A stretch of 64,000 bases of DNA from Candidatus Eiseniibacteriota bacterium (GTDB lineage Bacteria > Eisenbacteria > RBG-16-71-46 > DASYSL01): positions 31,617 to 95,616 of the forward strand of contig JBKJJJ010000215.1 in assembly GCA_046598045.1 (NCBI GenBank), in the 5' to 3' direction. The notes below the pieces were generated by a model, which saw only the letters and a program-made list of their open reading frames with translations, searched no databases and was not told where the DNA came from. Positions 46,379 through 55,326 of the stretch are shown here, piece after piece (within the stretch, counting starts at the first letter, position 1; each line of letters starts with the position of its first letter). The translations under genes and the position numbers were made by a program.

Positions 46379-46506
46379 GGAAGAAGCGGCCGGAATCCCC
46401 TGCACAAAACCGCGGGTTTCCGGGCGAATTGATCGGGGACCGGTCCGGGGGTCGCGGCGCCGGGGCCGAATTTCGGGGGACGGGGAGCCGGTGAGTTGTA
46501 AACTCC

Positions 46507-46648
46507 TTGACCCCTCCCGAACGCGGGTTCAAACTCGTTTTGCTTGGAGCTCAACCCGAATTTTTCGACGAGCCGGGGAGCAACGTTGCGTAGCGCGGTC
46601 TGACTTGGGACCTCCGGCCGCATGCGCTCGTTCTCCCCGGCCTCTTTT
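46507..46648 (+). ncRNA. Candidate small RNA (promoter, about 100-nt structured transcript, U-tract)
   Basis: TTGACC-N17-CAAACT, long imperfect hairpin 46570-46644, then a T-run; no credible ORF; lies between convergent genes. Confidence 0.4.
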
Positions 46649-46674
46649 GTATCCGGGGGTGCTGGACGAGCGCC

Positions 46675-47364
46675 TCAGCGCAGCGCGGGTGGCCCGAACA
46701 ACCCCGGGTGCCGCGCGATCAATCGCCGCATCGCGCCGCGAAAATTCGCCCGCTGACCGGTCCCCGGGTGCGGGATTCGCTCGCTCACCAACAGCCTCGG
46801 CCCGAATCCCCAACGCGTCAGCATCGGCTCCAGCAGGTCGCGCACCGTCGCCTTGACGAGCACGATGTGCTCGGGCTCGAGCGCGCGCAGCTCGCGCCAC
46901 AGCCAGTGTTCCGCGCAACGCGCGACTGCGGTCTTGCGCGCGTCGTCGTCCGCCACGCCGTTGACCGCGCACTTCGCCGCGTCCACCAGCCACAATCCGC
47001 GCGCGCGCAATTCCTCGATCAGCTCGGGTTTCGCCTGACCGCGCGCCCGGAACGCGGTGGCGTAGGTCCACCCGCGCGCCTCGGGAAGCGCAAGCACCTC
47101 GGCGAGCGCCCAGAACAGCGTCGAGGCGTCCTCGCCCGGCAGTTTCTCCTGCGGCAGGTAGAAGTAGGACCAGCGCCCGCGCCGGTTGACCTTGGGCGGC
47201 GACTCGGCGACGAACAGGACGCGCACATGCTCCGGGCGCGCCGCCTCGGACATCCGCCAGAACGTTTCGCGGCGGGGATCGGGTGCCACCCCCAACTCGG
47301 CGCAGCGCGTGCACGCCGCGTACTGCTCGGCGATCGAGCGCAGCGTAGCGCCGGGATCGCTCAC
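46675..47364 (-). CDS. Uracil-DNA-glycosylase-superfamily-like protein
   Basis: 'ACTRC', motif-A-like 'VLFVAESPP', 'DAAKC', 'RELRALEPEHIVLV', motif-B-like 'IPHPG'. Confidence 0.6.
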   Translation of the reverse strand: MSDPGATLRSIAEQYAACTRCAELGVAPDPRRETFWRMSEAARPEHVRVLFVAESPPKVNRRGRWSYFYLPQEKLPGEDASTLFWALAEVLALPEARGWTYATAFRARGQAKPELIEELRARGLWLVDAAKCAVNGVADDDARKTAVARCAEHWLWRELRALEPEHIVLVKATVRDLLEPMLTRWGFGPRLLVSERIPHPGTGQRANFRGAMRRLIARHPGLFGPPALR

Positions 47365-47371
47365 GGGTGCG

Positions 47372-47731
47372 TCAGTAGCGTCGGAGGCTGGGGTCGATCT
47401 GCCGGGACCACCCCTCGATCCCGCCCGCGAGACTGCGCGCGCGCGGGAATCCGTGCGCGCGCAGGAACAGCGCGGCGTGGTGCGAGCGCACGCCATGGTG
47501 GCAGTAGGCGACGACGTCGGCGGTGGGATCGAGTGCGGCCGTCAGTTCGCCGAGTCGCGCCGCGAGCTCGGACAGCGGCACGAGCCGGCTCGGCTCGAGA
47601 CGGACGTACGCATGCTCCTCCGGCTGGCGCACGTCGAGCAGCACGGGCGCGCCGGAGGCCCCGGCGAGGCGTGCCGCCAGGTCCGCGGGCGTGATCTCGA
47701 TCGGCGGCGCCACGCCCGCGGGATCGCTCAT
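47372..47731 (-). CDS. Rhodanese-domain protein
   Basis: 'LLDVRQPEE', active-site loop 'YCHHGVRS', 'SLAGGIEGW'. Confidence 0.9.
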   Translation of the reverse strand: MSDPAGVAPPIEITPADLAARLAGASGAPVLLDVRQPEEHAYVRLEPSRLVPLSELAARLGELTAALDPTADVVAYCHHGVRSHHAALFLRAHGFPRARSLAGGIEGWSRQIDPSLRRY

Positions 47732-47850
47732 GGTCTCACTGGCCGAGCGCGGTCGGGGCGATACGGTTCATCGGGTCCTCCCTGGAAAGGGACACGTGGC
47801 GAGCCGCCGGGGACGGTAGGGCTCCGCGTCCCCGGCCGCAACCCGCGATC

Positions 47851-47879
47851 TTGACGAGTGCACAAATGTGCAGTATCGT
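47851..47879 (+). promoter_or_regulatory. Sigma-70 promoter with a LexA (SOS) box in the spacer
   Basis: TTGACG-N17-TATCGT; palindrome TGCAC-AAAT-GTGCA at 47859-47872 matches the Fibrobacter succinogenes LexA consensus TGCNC-N4-GTGCA. Confidence 0.8.
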
Positions 47880-47931
47880 CGGCCCGTTCCCCCCGGCGCA
47901 CCCATCAAGCTTCGAAGCCATCGGAGATCGC

Positions 47932-48186
47932 ATGCGCGTCGAGAAGTTGGACGAGCCCGTCCGCGTGCGCGCGGACTTTGCCGGGGGGCAGGCCACCCCG
48001 GTCGTGTTTCGGCGGGGCACCCAGAGTCACCGCATCGCGCGCGTCAACGCGCGCTGGGAGGACCGCGTCGGCCGGCAGCCGCTCTATTATTTCGCGTGCT
48101 CGGTCGACTCGGGGGACGTCTACGAGCTGTGCCTCAACGCGCACGAGCTGACCTGGCGCCTGACGTCGGTGATGCTCGATGGCTGA
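47932..48186 (+). CDS. DUF6504 / ImuB-C-like small protein (84 aa)
   Basis: GGAG RBS; 'PVVFRRG...HRIARVNARW...YYFACSVDSGDVYEL......WRL'. Confidence 0.7.
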   Translation: MRVEKLDEPVRVRADFAGGQATPVVFRRGTQSHRIARVNARWEDRVGRQPLYYFACSVDSGDVYELCLNAHELTWRLTSVMLDG

Positions 48187-49423
48187 TCTCGCCGCTCCAC
48201 CCGTACCCGATCCTCACGCCACGCCCGTGCTCCACCTCGACATCGACGCGTTCTTCGCGTCGGTCGAGCAGGCGCGCGACCCACGGCTGCGCGGCCAGCC
48301 GGTGGTCGTGGGCAACGGCGTGATCGCGTCGTGCTCGTACGAGGCGCGGCGCTTCGGGCTCAAGGCCGGCATGTCGCTCACCGAGGCGCGGCAGCGCTGC
48401 CCCGCGGTCGTGATCCTCGACGGGCACCAGCCCACGTACCGCGCGTTCGCCGACCGGGTGTGGGCGCTGCTCGCCCGGGTCACGCCCGACCTCGACGTCG
48501 CGCTCGACGAGGCGTACGGCGACCTCGCCGGCACCGAGCGCCTGCACGGCGACCTCGTCGCGCGCGCCCGCGTGCTGCAGCAGGAGATCGCCGAGGCGAC
48601 CGGTGGCGTCACGGTGACGATCGGCCTCGGGCCGAACCGCATGCTCGCGAAGCTCGTGGGCAAGACCGCGAAGCCGCGCGGCGTGGCGCGCGTGACCGCG
48701 GCCGGGGCCGACGCGTTCCTGCTCGATCGGCCCGCGCGCGACGTGCCCGGCATCGGGCACGTGCACGGCGAGCGCCTGGCCGGGCTCAACGTGCGTACGG
48801 TCGCCGACCTGCGGCGCCTGCCGGTCGAGGCGCTGAGCGCGCTGTTCGGCGCGATCGGGCCGCTGCTCTACGAGCGTGCGCGCGGGCGCGACACGCGCGC
48901 CCTGTCGGCGCGCGAGATCCCGGCGTCGATCTCGCGCGAGACCGCGTTCCACCGGCCCACTGCCGACCCGAAGGACCTGGACGCGATGCTCTGGTACCTC
49001 GCCGAGCGCGCGTGCCGCGCCGCGCGGGCGCTCGGTCTCAAGCCGCGCACGATCGGCGTCAAGCTGCGCTACGCGGACGGGGCCGCGGTCGAGGCGCAGA
49101 AGACGCCGCCGCTGCCGACCGCACTCGACCCCGAGGTGCACGCGCTGACGCGCGCGCTGCTCGAGCGGCTGTTCACGCGCCGCGTGCGGCTGACTCATGT
49201 CGGCGTCGCGCTGTCGCGTTTCGTGGCGCTCGACGCCGCACAGCTCGACCTGCTCGCGCCGGCGGGGCAGGCGCGCGCGCACAGCCTGATCGAGGGCCTG
49301 GACGCGGTGCGCGACCGCTACGGGCACGGGTCGCTGGTGTCGGGCAGCGCGCTCCACATGCTCGGCGCGTTGCCGCAGGACCGCCATGGCTTCGTCCTGC
49401 GGACGCCCTCGCTGACCAAATGA
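48179..49423 (+). CDS. dinB: Y-family DNA polymerase IV
   Basis: 'LHLDIDAFFASVE', 'SYEAR.FG', 'ALDEAY', 'KTAKPRG', clamp-like motif 'QLDLL'. Confidence 0.92.
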   Translation: MADLAAPPVPDPHATPVLHLDIDAFFASVEQARDPRLRGQPVVVGNGVIASCSYEARRFGLKAGMSLTEARQRCPAVVILDGHQPTYRAFADRVWALLARVTPDLDVALDEAYGDLAGTERLHGDLVARARVLQQEIAEATGGVTVTIGLGPNRMLAKLVGKTAKPRGVARVTAAGADAFLLDRPARDVPGIGHVHGERLAGLNVRTVADLRRLPVEALSALFGAIGPLLYERARGRDTRALSAREIPASISRETAFHRPTADPKDLDAMLWYLAERACRAARALGLKPRTIGVKLRYADGAAVEAQKTPPLPTALDPEVHALTRALLERLFTRRVRLTHVGVALSRFVALDAAQLDLLAPAGQARAHSLIEGLDAVRDRYGHGSLVSGSALHMLGALPQDRHGFVLRTPSLTK

Positions 49424-52400
49424 CCGCCCGCGCGGAACTCGCGCGCAGCGAGGGCGCGGCGCCGCTCGCGGTGCGCTCGACCGGGTCGCTGTTGCGCGGC
49501 ACGGTGGCGCCGCAGGCGCTCGCCGCGCGCGCGGCCGAGCTCGGCTATCGCGCGCTCGGGCTCGCCGACCGCGACGGGCTCTACGCCGCGGTGCACTTCG
49601 CGCGCGCCTGCCAGGACGCGGGCATCGCGCCCGTGCTCGGCGCCGAGCTGTCGGCGGGGCCGGTCGGCAAGGCGCAGGCGCTCGCGCGCGTCGACCCGCC
49701 CGCAGCCGCGCTCGTGTTCGCGCGTGATCGCGCGGGCTATTCGGCGCTGTGCCGGCTCCTGAGCGCGCGCCACCTCGAGCCCGCGCTCGCGTGGTCCCAG
49801 GCCTGCGCGCGCGAGGCGGCAGCGGGTGGGCTCGCCGTGGTCGCGCTCGGGGCGGACGCGCTGGCGGAGCTCGCCGCGCTCGGCGTGCCGCGCGACCGTC
49901 TCGCGCTGGGCGTGGCGCGCCCCGGGGGAGACGGCGCACCGGTGCGCGACGCGCTCGCGTGCGTCGCGCGCATCGCGCCGGGCGCGGGCGTGGTGGCGAC
50001 CGGGCGCGTGAGCGCGCTGACGTCGGACGCCGGTGGCGCGGCGCGCGCGCGTGTGCTCTCGGCGCTGCGCGCGAACACGCTGGTCGAGCGCGTGGACGCG
50101 CGCGGCGCGGGGCGGGACGAGGGCGTGCTCGAGCCGTGCGCGCGCTGGCAGGCGTCGTGGCACGCCGCCGGGCCCGAGGCCGGCGCCGCGCTGGCGGCGA
50201 ACGCGCGCCTCGTCGCCGATTGCCACGCCGTGCCCGAACTCGGCGTGCCGCGCTTCCCGGTCGCGCCGGTGCCCGACGGCGAGACGCCGTATTCCCACCT
50301 CTACGCGCGCTGCCACGAGGGACTCATGCGCCGCTACCGGCCGGTGCCGCGCGCTGCCGTGCACCGCCTCGCGCGCGAGCTCGAGATCATCGACCGGCTG
50401 GGCTTCACGCCGTACTTCGTGCTCGTCGCCGACATCGTGGGCTTCGCGCGCGCCGAGGGCATCCCGTCGGTCGGGCGGGGCTCGGGTGCGGCGTCGATCG
50501 TGAGCTACGTGCTCGGCATCACCAACGTCGATCCCTTGCGCTACCGCCTCGCGTTCGAGCGCTTCCTGCACGACGAGCGCCGCGACTCACCGGACCTCGA
50601 CATCGACCTGTGCTGGATCCGGCGCGAGGACGTGATCGCGCACGTGTACCGCACCTATGGCGCGAGCCGCGTGGCGATGATCTCGACCCACTGCACGCTC
50701 GGCGCGCGCGGGGCGTTCCGCGAGGCGGCACAGGCGCACGGCGTGCCACCCGACGTGGTGGACAAGCTCGCGCGCTTCGTGCCGCACGACCCCGGGACGC
50801 CGCTTTCGGACCTGCTCGCGCGGCCGGCGGCGCGCCTCGGGCTCGATCTCACCGAGCCGTCGTTCGCCGCCACACTCGCCGATGCGCCCACGCTGGTCGG
50901 GTTGAGCGACCACCTCGGCGTCCACCCGTGCGGGCTCGTCATCGCCGACACCGCGCTCACCGACTACACGCCACTCGAGGAGGCGACGAAGGGCCTCGTC
51001 GTGTCACAGATGGAGATGCGCCAGGTCGAAGCGCTCGGCCTGGTCAAGATGGACCTGCTGGGCAACCGCGCGCTGACCGAGATCGGGGACACCATCGAGC
51101 TCGTCCGGCAGGCGAGCGGCGGCGCGGTCACGCCCGTGGTCGAACCCGTGCCCGACGGCGACCCGAAGACGGTCACGATGCTGCGCGCAGGGGATGCGCT
51201 CGGCCTGTTCCAGCTCGAGTCGCCCGCGATGCGCAACCTGCTCCAGATGCTCGACCCGCACACGGTGGACGACGCGATCGCCGCGCTCGCGCTGGTGCGG
51301 CCCGGCCCGGCGGGGGCGGGCATGAAGGACCTCTACGTGCGCATCCAGCGCGGGCTCGAGCCGCCGCGCGTCGTCCACCCGCGGCTGTCCGCGCTGCTCG
51401 CGCCGCAGCACGGCATCCTGCTCTACGAGGAGGACGTGATGGGCGCGGTTGCGCTCCTGACCGACTCGCCGCTGGGGCGCGGCGACCTGTTCCGGCGCGC
51501 GCTCGCGGGCACGCGGAGCGCGGCCGAGCGCGCGCCGCTCCGCCGCTGGTTCGTCGCGCGCGCGCGCAAGGGCGGCATGCAGGACGCCGAGGCCGACGCG
51601 GCGTGGCGCGAGATCGAGCGCTTCGGCGCCTATGCGTTCTGCCGCGCGCACGCGGCGGGCTACGGCGTGCTGGCGTGGCAGGCCGCGTACCTGCGCGCGC
51701 ACTGGCCGGCGGCGTGGGCGACCGCCATGGCGAACCACCACGCGGGCATGTACGGGCTGTGGGTGCACGTCGCCGACGCGCAGCGCCACGGGGTGCGCTT
51801 CGAGCTGCCGTGTGTCCAGCGCTCCGAGGAGGCGTTCACGCTCGAGGGCGATCCGGCCACGGGCCCGCTGCGCGTCGGGCTCGCGCGCGTGCGCGACCTC
51901 ACGCAGCGCGCACGGGAGGCGACGCTCGCGTCGCGCGCGGCGGACGGGCCGTTCGCCTCGCTCGCCGACTGGATGGGGCGCGTCCGGCCCGACCCCACCG
52001 AGGCCGCGCGGCTCGTCGACGCCGGTGCATTCGACTGGACCGGCCGGGCCCGCGCCTCGCTCCAACTCGAGGTCCAGGCGACGCGCGCGCGCTACCTCAG
52101 GGCCGAGCCCGAGGGCGCGTTCCGCGTGCGGCGCTCGCCGATCGCGCTGCCCGACCTGCCCGAGTTCGCGCCCTCCGAGTTGCGCGCGCGCGAGTGGAAC
52201 GCGCTCGAGCTGGGCGTGCTCGCGCACCCGCTCGCGGCGCACGCGCCGGCGCTGTGGCCGGCGGACCGGCCGGCGGCCGCGCTGGCCGCGGCTGCGCCCG
52301 CGGGCTTCGATGCCGCGTGCACGCTGCGCGGATTGCCGGCGGGGCAGCGCGTGCGCGTGGTCGGCCTGATGGCGGCGGCGCGGCGCGTGCCGACAAAGCA

Positions 52401-52626
52401 GGGGCCGCGCATGCTGTTCCTCACGCTCGACGACGGCACGGGGCTGAGCGAGTGCACGCTGTTTCCCGAGGTCCATGCGCGGGACGGGAGCGGCCTGGCG
52501 GGGCCGGGGCCGTTCGTGATCGAGGGGCGGATCGAGAACCAGCACGGATCGGTCACGGTGACGGTCGAGCGCGCCGCGCCCTGGGCCGCGGAAACTCAGG
52601 TCAGCAGCGCCGAGAGATCCTGGTAG
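49420..52626 (+). CDS. dnaE2: DnaE2-like error-prone DNA polymerase III alpha subunit
   Basis: ATGA overlap; eroded PHP domain, 'GRGSGAAS', 'FERFL', catalytic 'PDLDID', 'KMDLLG', 'LFQLESP', 'YAFCRAHA', OB-fold 'MLFLTLDD.TG'. Confidence 0.9.
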   Translation: MTARAELARSEGAAPLAVRSTGSLLRGTVAPQALAARAAELGYRALGLADRDGLYAAVHFARACQDAGIAPVLGAELSAGPVGKAQALARVDPPAAALVFARDRAGYSALCRLLSARHLEPALAWSQACAREAAAGGLAVVALGADALAELAALGVPRDRLALGVARPGGDGAPVRDALACVARIAPGAGVVATGRVSALTSDAGGAARARVLSALRANTLVERVDARGAGRDEGVLEPCARWQASWHAAGPEAGAALAANARLVADCHAVPELGVPRFPVAPVPDGETPYSHLYARCHEGLMRRYRPVPRAAVHRLARELEIIDRLGFTPYFVLVADIVGFARAEGIPSVGRGSGAASIVSYVLGITNVDPLRYRLAFERFLHDERRDSPDLDIDLCWIRREDVIAHVYRTYGASRVAMISTHCTLGARGAFREAAQAHGVPPDVVDKLARFVPHDPGTPLSDLLARPAARLGLDLTEPSFAATLADAPTLVGLSDHLGVHPCGLVIADTALTDYTPLEEATKGLVVSQMEMRQVEALGLVKMDLLGNRALTEIGDTIELVRQASGGAVTPVVEPVPDGDPKTVTMLRAGDALGLFQLESPAMRNLLQMLDPHTVDDAIAALALVRPGPAGAGMKDLYVRIQRGLEPPRVVHPRLSALLAPQHGILLYEEDVMGAVALLTDSPLGRGDLFRRALAGTRSAAERAPLRRWFVARARKGGMQDAEADAAWREIERFGAYAFCRAHAAGYGVLAWQAAYLRAHWPAAWATAMANHHAGMYGLWVHVADAQRHGVRFELPCVQRSEEAFTLEGDPATGPLRVGLARVRDLTQRAREATLASRAADGPFASLADWMGRVRPDPTEAARLVDAGAFDWTGRARASLQLEVQATRARYLRAEPEGAFRVRRSPIALPDLPEFAPSELRAREWNALELGVLAHPLAAHAPALWPADRPAAALAAAAPAGFDAACTLRGLPAGQRVRVVGLMAAARRVPTKQGPRMLFLTLDDGTGLSECTLFPEVHARDGSGLAGPGPFVIEGRIENQHGSVTVTVERAAPWAAETQVSSAERSW

Positions 52627-53339
52627 GGCGTGCTGCAGGGGCGTCCGGCCGCGTGCAGCAGTCGGGTGAGCGACGGGTCGGCCCACGCCAACTGGACGAG
52701 CGTGGAGGAGACCGTGCCGTGCCCGTCGGCGTGCAGGCAGATCGCGCGCCCGCCGTCGTGCGACTGGAGCGCGGGCACGAGGTCCTCGAGCGCGCGCGGC
52801 GGAGCCTGCCGCAGCAGCGTGAGCGCGAGGTCGGTGCGGGCGTCGAACACGTCGTCGGCGTCCACGTGCGTGAGCGCGTGCCAGCCCGGGCGCAACTCCT
52901 CGCTGCGCAACGCGTGGCCGTCCCAGTACGCGCAGTGCACGCCGCGCGCGTCGGCGAGGAAGAGCGTGAACGGCGCATAGCGGCAGGTCAGGACCTCGTC
53001 GGCCACCCAGGCGAGCGCGTGGCGTGCGTCGTCCAGGCGCAGCGCATCGAGGCACAGGAGGCCGCGCGAGCGGTCCGGCTCGCCGCCGGTCGCCCAGGCT
53101 CCGTCGGGAGCTTCGGCGCGTTCGGGGGCCATGCGATTGAGCAGCGCGACCGCGAGGCGGGTCTCCTGGACCCCGAGCCACGTGCCGCCGGCCAGGGAGT
53201 CGCGCCCGGCCACGATGCGAGGTTCGCGCAGCAGCACGTGCGGGGAGAGGGCGGGGCGGGTGAGGGATTCATCGCGGTTCGCGCCCAGCAGCAACATGCC
53301 GGGGCGGGGGCGGTCGACGCCGACGAGCAGGGTGCACAT
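52596..53339 (-). CDS. NRDE/TANGO2 family protein
   Basis: 'MCTL...GANRDE...RP', 'RDSLAGGTWLG', 'SRGLL', 'GTVSST'. Confidence 0.9.
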   Translation of the reverse strand: MCTLLVGVDRPRPGMLLLGANRDESLTRPALSPHVLLREPRIVAGRDSLAGGTWLGVQETRLAVALLNRMAPERAEAPDGAWATGGEPDRSRGLLCLDALRLDDARHALAWVADEVLTCRYAPFTLFLADARGVHCAYWDGHALRSEELRPGWHALTHVDADDVFDARTDLALTLLRQAPPRALEDLVPALQSHDGGRAICLHADGHGTVSSTLVQLAWADPSLTRLLHAAGRPCSTPYQDLSALLT

Positions 53340-53508
53340 GGGGGAAACGTGGCCCGCCGGCGCGGGAACGTCAAGTTGCATGGTCCAACGCAGGGAGTTG
53401 ACACGGATCCGATGGGGAAACGGGCCGAACCTGCCGAAAACGATTGCGCGCCTGGCCTGGCCCCGGTCAGACTCGGGCGACGTGGTTCCCCGCAGCATCG
53501 GAGGCTTC

Positions 53509-53928
53509 ATGCGCGGTTGGGTTCGACTCGTCGGACTGGTGTCGCTCGTCGCGTTCGCCGCATCCCCCCTCGGGGTGGCGGCCGAGGGCTACGTCTGCGC
53601 ATCCGGCCAGCGCATGGTGCACGACGGCACGGCGAAGACCGCCGCGTGCGCGCACTGCCGCCCGTCGGCCCCTTCGCGCGCCGCCGCGCAGCCGTCGTTC
53701 GAGCGCCCGTGCTGCCTTTACGTCGGCTCGACCGCAGTGCCGCCCGTGGCCTCGGCCGCGAGCGCGCCCGCCCTGCATCCGGTCCACCGCGCGCCGCTCG
53801 CGATGCCGGGCGTCACCGCGCTGGCCTCATCCGCGCACGTCTTGACCGGAGTCCCGCAGTACGAGTCGGGAGGCAGCGGCGTTCCCCCGTCTCCACTCAA
53901 GCTTCGCACCGCCATCCTTCTCAACTGA
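53509..53928 (+). CDS. Cys-rich exported leader protein upstream of the cus-type operon
   Basis: GGAGG RBS; signal peptide; 'YVC', 'CAHC', 'PCC'; C-terminal 'VPPSPLKLRTAILLN'. Confidence 0.7.
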   Translation: MRGWVRLVGLVSLVAFAASPLGVAAEGYVCASGQRMVHDGTAKTAACAHCRPSAPSRAAAQPSFERPCCLYVGSTAVPPVASAASAPALHPVHRAPLAMPGVTALASSAHVLTGVPQYESGGSGVPPSPLKLRTAILLN

Positions 53929-54042
53929 TCCAGCGCCGCCGCGCGGCCTGACCGGCTTCGTCGGTCCGGGCCGTGGCTTTCGCGCGTCCGCACGTCCGTG
54001 CGCGACGCGGCGCATTCGATCCATTGCCGAAGGAGTCCCCGC

Positions 54043-55326
54043 ATGCAGTCGATCCGTTCCGCCCTGGCCATGGCGCTGGCGCTCGCGCTCCTGTCCGTGC
54101 CGGCGCGCGGGTTCGCGCAGCCCGCGCCGCTGACGCTCCACGACGTCGAGCGCGGCGTGATCGCCGCCAATCCCTCGCTCTCCGCCATGCGCCACGGGGC
54201 CGACGCGGCGCGCGCTCGCGCGGCGGGCGCCGGGGCGTGGGCCGACCCGGAGCTCTCCGTCATGGCTGCGCCGCGCAGCTTCGGCACCCGCGTCCCGGGG
54301 GACTCCTATCGCGTCGCGCTCACCCAGCGCCTGGCGCCGTTCGGCTCGCGCAGCGCGCAGCGGCTCGAGGCGGGCGCGCGCTTCGACGAGGCCTCGGCGA
54401 ACGTCGAGTCGGCGCGCCGGGACCTGCTGCGCGAGGCGCGGGTCGCGTTCGCCGAGTACCGGCGTACCACGCGCAGCCGGCTCGCGCATGCCGCGACCGT
54501 CGACCTGGCGGCGGAGTTGCGCCAGGTCGCGCTCGCGAGGTACGCGGCGGGGCTGGTCGAGCAACAGGACCCGCTCGCGGCCGGCGTGGAGTCCGCGCGC
54601 CTCGCGCACCACGCGGTGCTGCTCGACCGCGAGCGCCGGGTGGCGGTCGCGCGGCTGAACGCGCTGCTCGGTCGCCCGGCCTCGGCCGAACTGCCGCCGC
54701 CCGCCGACGACTCGGTGGCGCCCGTCGCGCCCACGATGGCGGCAATGGACACCGACTCGCTGGTGCGCGCCGCACGCACGACGCGGCCCGAGGTGCAGGC
54801 GGCGGTGTCGCGCGTCGCCGCTCGTGTTGCGCAGCGCCGGCTCGCACAGCGCTCTCGCTGGCCGGGCCTCATGGTCGGCGTGGCCTACGACACCTACATG
54901 GACGAGCCCGAGCGGCGCACGTCGCTCGAGCTCGGGGTCGAATTGCCGCTGTTCGGCGGCCGCTCCGCGCGGCGGCAGGAGGCCGACGCCGAGCTCGCGG
55001 TCGCCGAGGCCGAGCACCGTGCGCTCATGCTCGACGTCGAACGCGAGGTGGTCGAGGCGCTCGCGCGCGACGAGGAGGCCGAGCACGACCTCGAGGTGCT
55101 CGACCAGGGGGTGCTCCCGGCCGCGGCCCAGAGCGTGGCCGCGATCCGCAATTCGTACGAGGCGAACCGGGCGAGCTTCCTCGCCCTGCTCGATGCCATG
55201 CGCTCGCTGGCGGAGGCGCAGATGGACCGGATCGACGCGGTGGCGCAGCGCGATGTCGCGCGCGCGGACCTCGCGCGCGCGCTCGGTGACGACGGCGGCA
55301 TGTCCGCCCCGAAGGAGATGCGATGA
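54043..55326 (+). CDS. TolC/CusC-family outer-membrane efflux protein
   Basis: AAGGAG RBS; 'ANPSL', 'LNALLG', 'ELPLF', 'YEAN...FLALLDA'. Confidence 0.9.
   Translation: MQSIRSALAMALALALLSVPARGFAQPAPLTLHDVERGVIAANPSLSAMRHGADAARARAAGAGAWADPELSVMAAPRSFGTRVPGDSYRVALTQRLAPFGSRSAQRLEAGARFDEASANVESARRDLLREARVAFAEYRRTTRSRLAHAATVDLAAELRQVALARYAAGLVEQQDPLAAGVESARLAHHAVLLDRERRVAVARLNALLGRPASAELPPPADDSVAPVAPTMAAMDTDSLVRAARTTRPEVQAAVSRVAARVAQRRLAQRSRWPGLMVGVAYDTYMDEPERRTSLELGVELPLFGGRSARRQEADAELAVAEAEHRALMLDVEREVVEALARDEEAEHDLEVLDQGVLPAAAQSVAAIRNSYEANRASFLALLDAMRSLAEAQMDRIDAVAQRDVARADLARALGDDGGMSAPKEMR

Noticed and set aside
48179-49423. Calling the Y-family gene imuB
   Set aside because: Catalytic carboxylates and the SYEAR motif are intact, unlike ImuB
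52596-52626. 31-nt tail-to-tail overlap of dnaE2 and the NRDE gene
   Set aside because: Short convergent overlaps are common in GC-rich genomes; no evidence of function
53398-53426. TTGACA upstream of the Cys-rich leader gene
   Set aside because: No plausible -10 element at 16-19 nt spacing and no clear MerR/CueR-type palindrome
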